From: an uncultured Clostridia bacterium
GTDB lineage: Bacteria > Bacillota > Clostridia > TANB77 > CAG-508
Assembly (NCBI GenBank): GCA_947626295.1
Contig: CANQRS010000003.1
Coordinates: 1-38,574 of the forward strand
Direction: 5' to 3'
Length of the DNA: 38,574 nucleotides
Part shown: one piece after another, positions 9,683 to 19,290 of the stretch
Layout: every line of letters starts with the position of its first letter
Position numbering within the stretch: position 1 is the stretch's first letter
Made by a program: the position numbers and the translations under genes
Notes under the pieces: generated by a model
Told to the model about the DNA's origin: nothing
Databases searched by the model: none
What the model saw: only the letters and a program-made list of their open reading frames with translations

Positions 9683-10969
9683 TTATTTACGTACTTCTAT
9701 TTTTTCTAATCCTCCCATATAAGGTCTCAAAACTTCTGGAATAATAACACTACCATCAGGTTGATAATTATTTTCCATAATAGCAATAAGCATACGAGGA
9801 GGTGCAACTACAGTATTATTTAATGTATGTGCAAAATAATTTCCATTCTCACCCTTAATACGAATTCCAAGTCTACGAGATTGTGCATCTGTTAAATTAG
9901 AGCAGCTTCCTACTTCAAAATATGCTTTACGTCTAGGAGACCAAGCTTCAACATCACAAGATTTAGCCTTTAAATCAGCCAAATCTCCACTGCAACATTC
10001 AAGTGTACGAACTGGTATATTCATACTTCTAAAAAATTCAACAGTATATGACCACATTTTATCATACCATTTCCACGATTCTTCAGGCTCACAAACTACT
10101 ATCATTTCTTGTTTTTCAAATTGATGTATCCTATATACTCCTCTTTCTTCAAGTCCGTGTGCTCCTTTTTCTTTTCTAAAGCAAGGTGAATAAGAAGTCA
10201 TAGTATAAGGTAGATTTGCCTTATTTAATATTTGGTCTTTAAATTTTCCTATCATAGAATGTTCACTTGTACCAATTAAATATAAATCTTCTCCTTCAAT
10301 CTTATACATCATAGCGTCCATCTCTTCAAAACTCATAACACCAGTTACAACATCAGAACGAATCATATATGGAGGAATGCAATAAGTAAATCCCTTATTT
10401 ATCATAAAATCACGTGCATAAGTTAAAACTGCAGAATGAAGTCTCGCAACATCTCCAAGTAAATAATAAAATCCATTTCCTGAAACACGAGCACTACTCT
10501 CTAAATCAAGTCCTCCTAAAGCTTCCATTATTTCTCCGTGATGAGGTATCTCATAATCTGGAATAACAGGCTCACCAAATTTTTCGATTTCTACATTTTT
10601 GCTATCATCTTCACCTAATGGAACTGAAGGATGTATAATATTTGGTATTTTCATCATTTTTTCTTTTATTTCTATAGAAAGCTTGTCTTCTAGTTGTTGA
10701 TTTTTCTCTACATTTTCATTTACTTCTTGAACCTGTTGTTTTATAAGCTCCGCTTCCTCTTTTTTACCCTCTTTCATAAGAGCACCAATTTGACTACTCA
10801 AATTTTTCCTTTCATTACGAAGATTATCTCCATTAAGTTTTGCCTCTCTATACTTTTTATCTAACTCAATAATTTCATCAACTAATGGTAATTTTTGATT
10901 TTGAAATTTTTTCTTTATATTTTCTTTTACTGCTTCTGGATTCTCTCTTAAAAATTTTATATCTATCAT
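9683..10969 (-). CDS. serS: Serine--tRNA ligase
   Basis: N-terminal coiled coil, LIGTSEH, motif 2 FRKEKG...YRIHQFEKQE, EVGSCSN, HTLNNT. Confidence 0.97.
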   Translation of the reverse strand: MIDIKFLRENPEAVKENIKKKFQNQKLPLVDEIIELDKKYREAKLNGDNLRNERKNLSSQIGALMKEGKKEEAELIKQQVQEVNENVEKNQQLEDKLSIEIKEKMMKIPNIIHPSVPLGEDDSKNVEIEKFGEPVIPDYEIPHHGEIMEALGGLDLESSARVSGNGFYYLLGDVARLHSAVLTYARDFMINKGFTYCIPPYMIRSDVVTGVMSFEEMDAMMYKIEGEDLYLIGTSEHSMIGKFKDQILNKANLPYTMTSYSPCFRKEKGAHGLEERGVYRIHQFEKQEMIVVCEPEESWKWYDKMWSYTVEFFRSMNIPVRTLECCSGDLADLKAKSCDVEAWSPRRKAYFEVGSCSNLTDAQSRRLGIRIKGENGNYFAHTLNNTVVAPPRMLIAIMENNYQPDGSVIIPEVLRPYMGGLEKIEVRK

Positions 10970-11025
10970 CAAAATACTCCCTTTCCACTATAATGCATAT
11001 ATTATATAACATTTTCATTGAAATA

Positions 11026-11937
11026 TCAACATATATTTAGTAATTTCAAAATAAGTGCCATTCTCACAAACTTTCCACATTCAACTTGTTTAAAATAACA
11101 AGCTCTATCATCATCATCTAATTCTACAGATATTTCATTTACTCTTGGTAATGGGTGCATAATGCACAAATCCTTTTTTGCATTTTCTATTTTCTTAACA
11201 TCTAATACAAAACTATCCTTTAATCTGTTATACTCATCTTCACTTTCAAATCTTTCTTTTTGTATCCTTGTCATATATAACACATCTAAATCACTCATAT
11301 ATTTACAAATATCTTCTGTTTCAATATACTCTATTTTATTTTCAATCAATTCCTCTCTTACATATTCTGGTATTTGTAATTCTTTTGGAGAACTCAATAT
11401 TAATTTTATATTATCATATCTAGTCAAAGCACTAATTAAAGAATGTACAGTTCTTCCAAATTTTAAGTCTCCACAAAGTCCTATTGTTAAATTATCTATT
11501 TTTCCTTTTTCTCTTGTTATTGTTAACAAATCAGTCAATGTTTGAGATGGGTGACTACGCCCTCCATCTCCAGCATTTATTATAGGAACTCTTGATTTCC
11601 TTAATCCTTCTAAATGTGCCCCTTCTTTTGGGTGTCTCATTACTATTATATCTGCATAACAACCTACAGTTTGTATTGTATCTGCTATACTTTCTCCCTT
11701 TGTTGTTGAACTACTACTTTCTGATGCAAACCCTAACACATTTCCACCTAATTTTAACATAGCAGCTTCAAAGCTTAATCTTGTCCTTGTACTAGGCTCA
11801 AAAAAAAGCGTTGCTAATATTTTCCCATCACATTTTTTTGAATATAATTTTTCATTATCTATAATGTGATTTGCAACACTTATAATTTCCTCTATTTCTT
11901 CTTTGCTTAAATCTTTTATATCTATTAAATGTTTCAT
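11026..11937 (-). CDS. pyrB: Aspartate carbamoyltransferase catalytic subunit
   Basis: [38 protein letters not shown]; start at MKHLID after an SD. Confidence 0.96.
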   Translation of the reverse strand: MKHLIDIKDLSKEEIEEIISVANHIIDNEKLYSKKCDGKILATLFFEPSTRTRLSFEAAMLKLGGNVLGFASESSSSTTKGESIADTIQTVGCYADIIVMRHPKEGAHLEGLRKSRVPIINAGDGGRSHPSQTLTDLLTITREKGKIDNLTIGLCGDLKFGRTVHSLISALTRYDNIKLILSSPKELQIPEYVREELIENKIEYIETEDICKYMSDLDVLYMTRIQKERFESEDEYNRLKDSFVLDVKKIENAKKDLCIMHPLPRVNEISVELDDDDRACYFKQVECGKFVRMALILKLLNIC

Positions 11938-11972
11938 TTTCAAATTACCCCTCCCTAATTTACTCACATTGA

Positions 11973-12001
11973 ATTTTACCATATCCCACCTTATAAGTCA
12001 A
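11973..12001 (-). promoter_or_regulatory. sigmaA-type promoter of pyrB
   Basis: TTGACT-17 nt-TAAAAT with a TG extension. Confidence 0.6.
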
Positions 12002-12002
12002 C

Positions 12003-12038
12003 AAAAATCTCCTAGATATGCTTTATCTAAGAGATTTT
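12003..12038 (-). terminator. Intrinsic terminator after the SSB-like gene
   Basis: AAAATCTC-TAGATA / TATCTA-GAGATTTT hairpin followed by a T run on the minus strand. Confidence 0.65.
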
Positions 12039-12054
12039 ATAAGTACTTTTTTAA

Positions 12055-12828
12055 TTACATAGCTTCTTGAACTGTATCAACTGCTTCTGTTGTTTCTTCA
12101 ACATTTGAATTTGTTTCATTATTCTCTGATTTAACAACTTCTAAGCTTCCTATTGAAACTTCATAAGCTACCTTCTTTACAATGCTTCCATCTTCCATCT
12201 TTTTCTCATAATTTCTTGATTGAACTCTACCTACAATTTTAACTTCTGTCCCAACTTCAAGATTTTGACAGAATTTTGCATTTCTTCCCCAAGCAATAGA
12301 TGGAATATAATCTGATTTGTTATATGCTCTATTTACTGCTAATAATAAATCTGCAATTTCTCTACCAAATGGTGTTTGTCTATATACAGGCTTTTTACAA
12401 ATATAACCTACTAGAACTACTTCGTTTGTTATATAATCTTTTTTTGCAAACTCTTTTTTTGGTAATTCAGAATTTTCTGTATCTTCTACAGTATTTTCAT
12501 CTATTGATGCTTCCTCTTTATCTTCTTCAAGCTTTTCAATATCCTTAGCAAATACTGTAAGTATTAATCTGTTCTTTTCATTTTCATAGCTATTATATGA
12601 CCTAAATTGTCCTTTTATTAACAATTTAGTACCAATTTGTAACATATCATCTGTAAATAATCTCTCAGATGCTGTTACTGGTATAACATCAGCTGTACCA
12701 CTTAAACGTGGTATTAAAAGGTCAAATGAATAAAACCTTTCTCCATAAATTTCGTGACTGAACTTTTTGTCAGACGTTACCTTCCCTACTAATACTAAGT
12801 AGTTATTCTCTAAATAATTTGTATCCAA
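12055..12828 (-). CDS. Single-stranded DNA-binding protein with two tandem OB folds (SSB/PriB-like)
   Basis: Two SSB-like repeats (N.LVLVGKV...GQFRSYN and NEVVLVGYI...GRVQSRNY) joined by an acidic linker; TTG start with SD GGGAGG. Confidence 0.85.
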   Translation of the reverse strand: MDTNYLENNYLVLVGKVTSDKKFSHEIYGERFYSFDLLIPRLSGTADVIPVTASERLFTDDMLQIGTKLLIKGQFRSYNSYENEKNRLILTVFAKDIEKLEEDKEEASIDENTVEDTENSELPKKEFAKKDYITNEVVLVGYICKKPVYRQTPFGREIADLLLAVNRAYNKSDYIPSIAWGRNAKFCQNLEVGTEVKIVGRVQSRNYEKKMEDGSIVKKVAYEVSIGSLEVVKSENNETNSNVEETTEAVDTVQEAM

Positions 12829-12952
12829 TTTTTATTCCTCCCTATTTTTAGATTTATCGATAGTGCCTTATATTTTTTTGCCTTTCTCAAATCTTACAGT
12901 TCTTATTATACAACATTTTTTTCAATTTGTCTACATAAAAAGTTAAATTTTT

Positions 12953-13465
12953 CTAAATTTTTTTCAATTTTTCTCCATAAACCGCTAAAATTGTAAAAAT
13001 TGCCATAGAATTACATATCTTCTTAGAACTACTTTTATGAATTTGTACATTTATTTCTTGTTGTTCTATTACATCACCATTCATACTTTCTATTTCACTT
13101 TGAACACAAATCAAAATATTTTCATTTTTTATACTTGATATAGTAATCATAGCTTTTTGATTCAACCCATAAGTTATTATGTTTTTGTTATACTCCATCA
13201 TAACCTCTATATGTTTTACAATATCTGAATTAACTATTAAATACTTAGCATTTATAATAATATCCTCCAAATATTTTGATAAATTTAAAAAGTCTGCTAT
13301 ATCATCATTAATAACAATTATTTCAAATCTGATGTTCTTAACATTTTGAATGCTTTCTTTATTTATGTTTATAAATTCAAATCTATTATTAGTCGAATTT
13401 TTTAATACCTCATTTTTTATAAAATTACTTTCACTTTCTTTGGCTATAACTCCAATAAAAGGCAT
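12953..13465 (-). CDS. Hypothetical protein resembling part of a Mur-ligase central domain
   Basis: Good SD; LIVNSD and IITYGLNQKAMITISSI motifs; no P-loop. Confidence 0.55.
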   Translation of the reverse strand: MPFIGVIAKESESNFIKNEVLKNSTNNRFEFININKESIQNVKNIRFEIIVINDDIADFLNLSKYLEDIIINAKYLIVNSDIVKHIEVMMEYNKNIITYGLNQKAMITISSIKNENILICVQSEIESMNGDVIEQQEINVQIHKSSSKKICNSMAIFTILAVYGEKLKKI

Positions 13466-13533
13466 AATCTTCCCCTTCTGATATTTTATATTTTTATTAT
13501 ATATCAGACATTTGAAAATTATACCTTTTTTTA

Positions 13534-14271
13534 TTAATATTCTACATTAACTAAATACAATCCATTAGGCGGTAAAGTTTTTCCTGCTCTTTCTCTATTT
13601 TTAGAATTTATTATATCCTTAATTTCTTGAGGCTCTATTTTTTTCAATCCCACATCTACTAAAGTTCCAGATACGATTCTTACCATATTATATAAAAACC
13701 CGCTTCCTGTAAGTTCTATATAAATTCTATTATTTTCTTTTTTTACAACATTAGCTGCATAAATTGTCCTAACACTACTCTTACTACTAGTACCACTTGC
13801 TTTAAATGCCGCAAAATCGTACTCGCCTTCAAAATATTTTGCAGCTTCTTGCATCTTGCCTACATCTAACTCTTGTGGAATATGTGTCTCTAAATTTCTA
13901 TAAATTGCACTGCTTACCTTAGAATTATTTATTACATATCTATAAGTTTTTCTTTTGCAACTCAATCTACTATGAAATTTTTCGTCAACCTCTTCTGCAT
14001 TTAAAATTCTTATAGCCCTTTTTAGTTTTGAATTAATTGCTATTGGAAACTTACTTACATCTAAAGTAGAATTAGTCTTAAAATTTGCAACTTGTCCTAA
14101 TGCGTGAACACCTGCATCTGTTCTACCAGATGCGTTAAGTTCTATTTTTTCTCCTGTTATTTGTTCTATTGCAGACTCAATGCTTCCTTGTATGTTTAAT
14201 TTATCAGGTTGTTTTTGCCAACCATTAAAATCCTTTCCGTCATATTCTATTGTTAATTTTATATTTCTCAT
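13534..14271 (-). CDS. truA: tRNA pseudouridine(38-40) synthase
   Basis: YDGKDFNGWQ, SGRTDAGVHA, GFLYNMVR, GLYL. Confidence 0.97.
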   Translation of the reverse strand: MRNIKLTIEYDGKDFNGWQKQPDKLNIQGSIESAIEQITGEKIELNASGRTDAGVHALGQVANFKTNSTLDVSKFPIAINSKLKRAIRILNAEEVDEKFHSRLSCKRKTYRYVINNSKVSSAIYRNLETHIPQELDVGKMQEAAKYFEGEYDFAAFKASGTSSKSSVRTIYAANVVKKENNRIYIELTGSGFLYNMVRIVSGTLVDVGLKKIEPQEIKDIINSKNRERAGKTLPPNGLYLVNVEY

Positions 14272-15179
14272 TTTTCTTCCTTTTTTACAAACATAGTCTT
14301 TAATCTTAAAAATTTTTCATTCATTTTATTATCTTTATAAGTAAATCTTTTTGTTATAATATTACTAATAAGTATCTTTTTTAATACATCTTCTCTAACA
14401 TCTGCAATTAAAGTACCATCTTTTGCTACAGAAATTTTTCCAGTTTCTTCTGACACAACTACCGCAATAGCATCTGACTCTTTTGATATACCAATAGCTG
14501 CTCTGTGTCTAGTTCCTAATTCTTTTGCTATATCGCTATCTGACGCAAGTGGCAACATACACGCTGCAGCAGCTAATTTATTATCACTTATAACAACTGC
14601 ACCATCGTGAAGTGGTGTATTTTCAACAAATATATTTACTAATAGTTGTGGACTAACATCACCATTAATCTCTACACCAGTTGAAATAATATCTTTTATT
14701 TTTATATCTCTTTCAAGCACTATTAATGCTCCAGTTTTAGTCTTTGCCAATTCAGTTACTGCTATAACAACTTTATATATATCCTCTTTTGTCCTTGTTT
14801 CAATATCCTTTTCCATTCCAAAAAACTTTGTTAGTTTATTTGTACCAATTTGCTCCAATGCTCTTCGTATTTCGGGCTGAAATATTACTATTATCAGTAT
14901 AACTCCCCAATTCATTATAGCAGATAATATGTAATGTAAAATATTCAAGCCTAATATATCACTAAGCCACGTAGATATAATCAAAAATGCTATTCCCTTA
15001 ACTAGTTGCCAAGTCCTTGTTCCCTTTACCATTTTGAAAAATAAGTAAATTAAACATACCACTAAAGATATATCTATTATTAATGAAACTAATTTAACTG
15101 GGTCTTCTTGATATTGATGGATATATATTAATATATTGTTCTCATAAAATGTTTTAAATATAGAACCTAATTTCTCCAC
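14268..15179 (-). CDS. cdaA: Diadenylate cyclase CdaA
   Basis: Three TM helices, FQPEIRRALE, PLHDGA, LGTRHRAA, VSEETG; GTG start. Confidence 0.95.
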   Translation of the reverse strand: MEKLGSIFKTFYENNILIYIHQYQEDPVKLVSLIIDISLVVCLIYLFFKMVKGTRTWQLVKGIAFLIISTWLSDILGLNILHYILSAIMNWGVILIIVIFQPEIRRALEQIGTNKLTKFFGMEKDIETRTKEDIYKVVIAVTELAKTKTGALIVLERDIKIKDIISTGVEINGDVSPQLLVNIFVENTPLHDGAVVISDNKLAAAACMLPLASDSDIAKELGTRHRAAIGISKESDAIAVVVSEETGKISVAKDGTLIADVREDVLKKILISNIITKRFTYKDNKMNEKFLRLKTMFVKKEEK

Positions 15180-15199
15180 TCTTTATTTTTCCTTTCTTA

Positions 15200-15349
15200 T
15201 TAAATATAACTTACTATATAATATACAAGAGTTGACAATGTAGCTAATATCATAATTAAAGCTATTGATGCTGCTAAAATTCTTGATACTATCTTTTTTG
15301 TTTTTCTTTTTGCTTTACTCTTCTTATTTTCCTCCGCATTTCCTTCCAT
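15200..15349 (-). CDS. Small single-pass membrane protein (49 aa), not in the ORF track
   Basis: MEGNAEENKKSKAKRKTKKIVSRILAASIALIMILATLSTLVYYIVSYI*; purine-rich SD (AAGGAAAGTGA) upstream; fills the rnhB-cdaA gap. Confidence 0.75.
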   Translation of the reverse strand: MEGNAEENKKSKAKRKTKKIVSRILAASIALIMILATLSTLVYYIVSYI

Positions 15350-15410
15350 TTTTATCACTTTCCTTTCTTTTAGTTTATCATATCTTTAAATTATATCACT
15401 TTTCTTTGAT

Positions 15411-16046
15411 TTATACAATACTTATAAAATTTTTACAAAAAGACCTTCTATGTATTGGACACATTCCCAGTTTTTTTATTGCTTGTATATGTTTAGCAGT
15501 ACCATATCCTTTATGTTCAGCAAATCCATATTCTGGATATACCTTATCCCATTCTCTCATTATTCTATCTCTTGTTACCTTAGCAATAATTGATGCTGCT
15601 GCTATAGAATAACTTGTTGCATCCCCTTTTATTATTGATTTATAAGGTATTTTTAAAGTATCTATTCCTGTAAGAGCATCTACTAATATTACATCTGGCT
15701 TTATTTCCATAGATTTTATCGCTTCTGTTACTCCTTTTTTAGTTGCTTGTAAAATATTTATATCATCAATCTCTTCTTGATACACAATTCCTACACCAAA
15801 ACAAATAGATTCTTGCAAAATAATATCATACAATTTCTCTCTTTTACTCTCTGAAATTTTCTTAGAATCATTTACTCCCTCTATCATAGAATCTTCTGGC
15901 ATTATTACACTTGCAACAACAACTGGACCTGCTAAAGGTCCTCTTCCTGCTTCATCAATTCCACAAACATATTTCATATCCATATCATAAAATTCTTTAT
16001 CAATCTTTTTTAATTGCAATAATCTTTTTTCTTCCTTTTCCTTCAT
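15411..16046 (-). CDS. rnhB: Ribonuclease HII
   Basis: GIDEAGRGPLAGPVV, NDSKK, SIAAASIIAKVTRD, HKGYGT; start at MKEKEE. Confidence 0.96.
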   Translation of the reverse strand: MKEKEEKRLLQLKKIDKEFYDMDMKYVCGIDEAGRGPLAGPVVVASVIMPEDSMIEGVNDSKKISESKREKLYDIILQESICFGVGIVYQEEIDDINILQATKKGVTEAIKSMEIKPDVILVDALTGIDTLKIPYKSIIKGDATSYSIAAASIIAKVTRDRIMREWDKVYPEYGFAEHKGYGTAKHIQAIKKLGMCPIHRRSFCKNFISIV

Positions 16047-16074
16047 TTTTACTACCTTCTTCCGTTCGTGCAAA

Positions 16075-16623
16075 TTAATTATTATATATTTCTTGTATTT
16101 TTGATAATGTGTAACATCTTTGTTTGCTACTTCCTTTTCCATAAGTAATTCCACCTGTATATATAATATCAATTATATTATAATCATTTTCGTCATATAC
16201 AACTATATATTTTTGTCCGTCCTCTATATCCTCCTTTAATGTAACTAATCCCATTCCTCCTAATGTTTCAGCTGTCAATTCATAAGCATTATATTCTGTT
16301 ATTTCTTTATTTATCTGAGATTCTATTTCACTATCTATACTTCCTACTGCCTTCATAGAATATTTAGATTGAAATATTTCATTATTTTTTGAAGTTTTAT
16401 CTTCACCACTAGATTCCCACGTTTCAGCCTCTACTTCTTCTGCATACTCTTTTGCTTTTGCTTTAATAGTAAGCATATTTGTTTGTAATGTTTGCATTTT
16501 AGAATCCTTTAAAATATCTATTCCTTCATTTATTGCTATACCTGCAATTATTAATAATACAATTATTATAACTACTAATGCAATAATTGTTATTCCTGCT
16601 TCTTTATTTTTTATTTTATACAT
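16075..16623 (-). CDS. Type IV pilin/pseudopilin-like protein
   Basis: Class III-like signal: basic leader KIKNKEAG followed by hydrophobic ITIIALVVIIIVLLIIAGIAI. Confidence 0.7.
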   Translation of the reverse strand: MYKIKNKEAGITIIALVVIIIVLLIIAGIAINEGIDILKDSKMQTLQTNMLTIKAKAKEYAEEVEAETWESSGEDKTSKNNEIFQSKYSMKAVGSIDSEIESQINKEITEYNAYELTAETLGGMGLVTLKEDIEDGQKYIVVYDENDYNIIDIIYTGGITYGKGSSKQRCYTLSKIQEIYNN

Positions 16624-17482
16624 ATTCACTCACTCCTAATATTTTATTCTTTACATTTACTATATCATCTTTTGGTGTTGATGCACCTGCCATAATTCCA
16701 ACTTTTTTAGCATCTTTTAATTCTTCTAAATTCAATTCTTCAGCATTACCAATAAATAACACTTTATTACAAAATTCGCACGATATATCATATAGTTTAT
16801 TGGTGTTTGAGCTTTTTCTATCTCCTATAATCACCATAATATCTACTTGTTTTGCAATATCCTCAGTTTCTTTTTGTCTTATTTCTGTTGAAGGGCATAT
16901 TGTTTTTTTCACCTCAATATTAATATCATCTCCAATTTTTTCTTTTATAATCTCTTCTATCTTATCAAATTTTTTTGAGCTATATGTAGTTTGAGATATT
17001 AATAACACATTTTCTATATTTTTACTTTTTATTATATCTATTGCTTCTTCTATTTCGCCCTCATCATATACAATAACATAGTTGTCACCACAATAACTTT
17101 CAATTCCTATTACTTCTGGGTGATTCTTTTTTCCAGTTAAAATTATATAATAACCCTTTTCAGCAAACTCTGCAACAATTCTGTGTATTTTTAATACACT
17201 TGGACACGTTAAATCTTTTATTTCTATATTCATCTCTTTAGCTTTATCATATATTTCTTTTTTTACACCGTGTGCTCTTATAATTGTTAACCCTTTTGCA
17301 TCTTCTATATTTTCTATAAATTCTATGCCACTATTTTTCAAGTCATTTACCACATTTTTATTATGTACTATTTCTCCTAAACAATAAGTCTTTTCATTTC
17401 TTGTTTGCTGTTCTTTCGCTCCATTTACCGCTCTTTCTACTCCATAGCAAAAACCTGCTGTTTTTCCAATAATTATTTCCAT
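16616..17482 (-). CDS. ispH: 4-hydroxy-3-methylbut-2-enyl diphosphate reductase
   Basis: AGFCYGV.RA, IVHN, IIRAHG, TCP, HPEV, QTT, TIC, SSNT.KL, AGASTP. Confidence 0.96.
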   Translation of the reverse strand: MEIIIGKTAGFCYGVERAVNGAKEQQTRNEKTYCLGEIVHNKNVVNDLKNSGIEFIENIEDAKGLTIIRAHGVKKEIYDKAKEMNIEIKDLTCPSVLKIHRIVAEFAEKGYYIILTGKKNHPEVIGIESYCGDNYVIVYDEGEIEEAIDIIKSKNIENVLLISQTTYSSKKFDKIEEIIKEKIGDDINIEVKKTICPSTEIRQKETEDIAKQVDIMVIIGDRKSSNTNKLYDISCEFCNKVLFIGNAEELNLEELKDAKKVGIMAGASTPKDDIVNVKNKILGVSEYV

Positions 17483-17523
17483 ATTATTACAATCCTTTCA
17501 TATAGCAATTTTTATATAAAAAA

Positions 17524-17551
17524 GGTACTATAACAAAATCTTTATAGTACC
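17524..17551 (-). terminator. Terminator after the response regulator
   Basis: GGTACTATAA / TTATAGTACC hairpin followed by a T run on the minus strand. Confidence 0.65.
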
Positions 17552-17560
17552 ACTTCCTTG

Positions 17561-18295
17561 CTAACTTGCTATATAATATCCTACACTTCTTTTTGTCATC
17601 AAAATCTTTGGATTAGATGTATCTTTTTCAATTTTTTCTCTAATTCTTCGTACCGTAACATCTACCGTTCTAATATCTCCATAATATTCGTATCCCCATA
17701 CCTTTTCAAGTAATTCTTCTCGAGAAATTACTTGTCCAGGTTCTAATGCAAGAAATTTTAATACTTCAAATTCTCTTAATGTTAAGTCAACACTTTTATC
17801 ATTCACCATAACCTCAAATCTATCCACATCAAGTGTTAATACTCCTACTTTTATTACATTTTCTCTTTTTATATTTTTTTCTTCTTTTTTATCTTTCTCA
17901 TTATCTATTAATATTTCTGCTTTTCTTAAATTTGCTTTTATTCTTGCTATTAATTCTCTTATACTAAATGGTTTTGTGACATAATCATCTGCACCTAATT
18001 CTAATCCTAAAATTTTATCTACTTCGCTATCTTTTGCTGTTACCATAAGTATAGGAACATTCATTACATTTTTTATTCTTTTACATACTGATAACCCATC
18101 TACCTTAGGTAGCATTACATCTAACAATATTAAATCTGGTTTCATTTCTGTAGCCATTGTAACTGCTTCTGCACCATCTGTTGCTTCTATTACATTGTAG
18201 CCTTCTTTTGTTAAATTTACATTTAATAAATTCCTTATCATCTTTTCATCGTCAACAACTAATATTGTTTTTTTATAAAATTTTTCATCTTCCAC
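17561..18295 (-). CDS. OmpR-family response regulator, WalR/YycF-like (no adjacent kinase)
   Basis: ILVVDDE, DKILGLELGADDYVTKPFS, LTLREFE, VWGYEYYGDIRTVDVTVRRIREKIE; GTG start. Confidence 0.9.
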   Translation of the reverse strand: MEDEKFYKKTILVVDDEKMIRNLLNVNLTKEGYNVIEATDGAEAVTMATEMKPDLILLDVMLPKVDGLSVCKRIKNVMNVPILMVTAKDSEVDKILGLELGADDYVTKPFSIRELIARIKANLRKAEILIDNEKDKKEEKNIKRENVIKVGVLTLDVDRFEVMVNDKSVDLTLREFEVLKFLALEPGQVISREELLEKVWGYEYYGDIRTVDVTVRRIREKIEKDTSNPKILMTKRSVGYYIAS

Positions 18296-18384
18296 AAAAT
18301 CAACCTTCCTCGCTTCTATTTTATATTATATTTATACCACATTTATTTTTATTATACAAGTATTTTCAAATTATTTTTTCAAAT

Positions 18385-18413
18385 TTGACATATTTGTAAA
18401 AAAATGGTATAAT
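18385..18413 (+). promoter_or_regulatory. Consensus sigmaA promoter
   Basis: TTGACA-17 nt-TATAAT with a TG extension. Confidence 0.8.
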
Positions 18414-18449
18414 TAAAGGGTCGTGCCAAAAAAGGAGTTTGATAAAACT

Positions 18450-19244
18450 ATGAAAACATTACTAAATAAATTAATTTCTCGCAAATTAATTTATGGATTT
18501 ATACTAAGTATGGCAATAATAGGAACTATATTTATAACTGTAAAAATGTTTCCTAAATTAGAACTTTCAAAAGGGACAAAAACAAGAAATATAAACATAG
18601 AAACTATGCAAATGGCAACTTTAGAAAACATTCCTTCAAGAGAAATCACATCAAGAGGTAGTGACATCTCAAGAGGCTCAAACAATGAAACAAAAGAAAA
18701 TGAAAATGAAGAACAAAAAGAAAAAGTTGTAAATAAAACGGCTGAAGAAAAAAGTGGAAAAGATAAAAATAAAGACACGACAAAACACATTTCAATAAGT
18801 CAAGTTAAAATTTCAAAAAATATGAACTTAAGTAAAAGAACAGGTCTATCAAAAACAGATTTTGTAAAATTAATTTCTGGATTAAAATATGATACATCTG
18901 GGTTCTTTGAAAAAAATGCAAAGACAATATATGATTTATGCGAAAAGTATAGCATAAATGAGATTTTTTTCTGTGGTCTAATTTCAGCTGAATCTGGTTG
19001 GAACATAGCTTCAAATCACAGAAGAACTCATAATTACATAAGTTTAATGAGAAATGGAAAATTAATTAAGTATAGTTCTGTAAATGAGGGATTAGAAATT
19101 GCAGCACAAAAACTACACAACAATTATTTGACACCTGGTGGAAAATTCTATAACGGAAAAACTCTAAAAGGTGTACAAACATATTTCTGTCCATCATCAT
19201 CGTGGATAAATTTAGTCTACGGTAGAATGAAACAAATTGTATAA
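18450..19244 (+). CDS. Membrane-anchored/secreted glucosaminidase-domain (GH73-like) peptidoglycan hydrolase
   Basis: SD AAGGAG, N-terminal TM, low-complexity SRG-repeat linker, C-terminal lysozyme-like domain (ISAESGWN, HNY, YLTPGGKFYNG). Confidence 0.75.
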   Translation: MKTLLNKLISRKLIYGFILSMAIIGTIFITVKMFPKLELSKGTKTRNINIETMQMATLENIPSREITSRGSDISRGSNNETKENENEEQKEKVVNKTAEEKSGKDKNKDTTKHISISQVKISKNMNLSKRTGLSKTDFVKLISGLKYDTSGFFEKNAKTIYDLCEKYSINEIFFCGLISAESGWNIASNHRRTHNYISLMRNGKLIKYSSVNEGLEIAAQKLHNNYLTPGGKFYNGKTLKGVQTYFCPSSSWINLVYGRMKQIV

Positions 19245-19255
19245 ATTTTAAAAGT

Positions 19256-19290
19256 AAAAATTACCAATCATTTAATGATTGGTAATTTTT
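19256..19290. terminator. Bidirectional intrinsic terminator
   Basis: 16-bp perfect inverted repeat AAAAATTACCAATCAT-TTA-ATGATTGGTAATTTTT between convergent genes. Confidence 0.85.

Noticed and set aside
16047-16172. In-frame CGG in the 5' extension of the rnhB ORF (LHERKK)
   Set aside because: It lies upstream of the true start (ATG 16046, after the SD), so it is not translated and is not a counter-example.
18636-18680. Short repeats TCAAGAG (SRE/SRG/SRG)
   Set aside because: Coding low-complexity linker of the hydrolase, not a separate DNA element.
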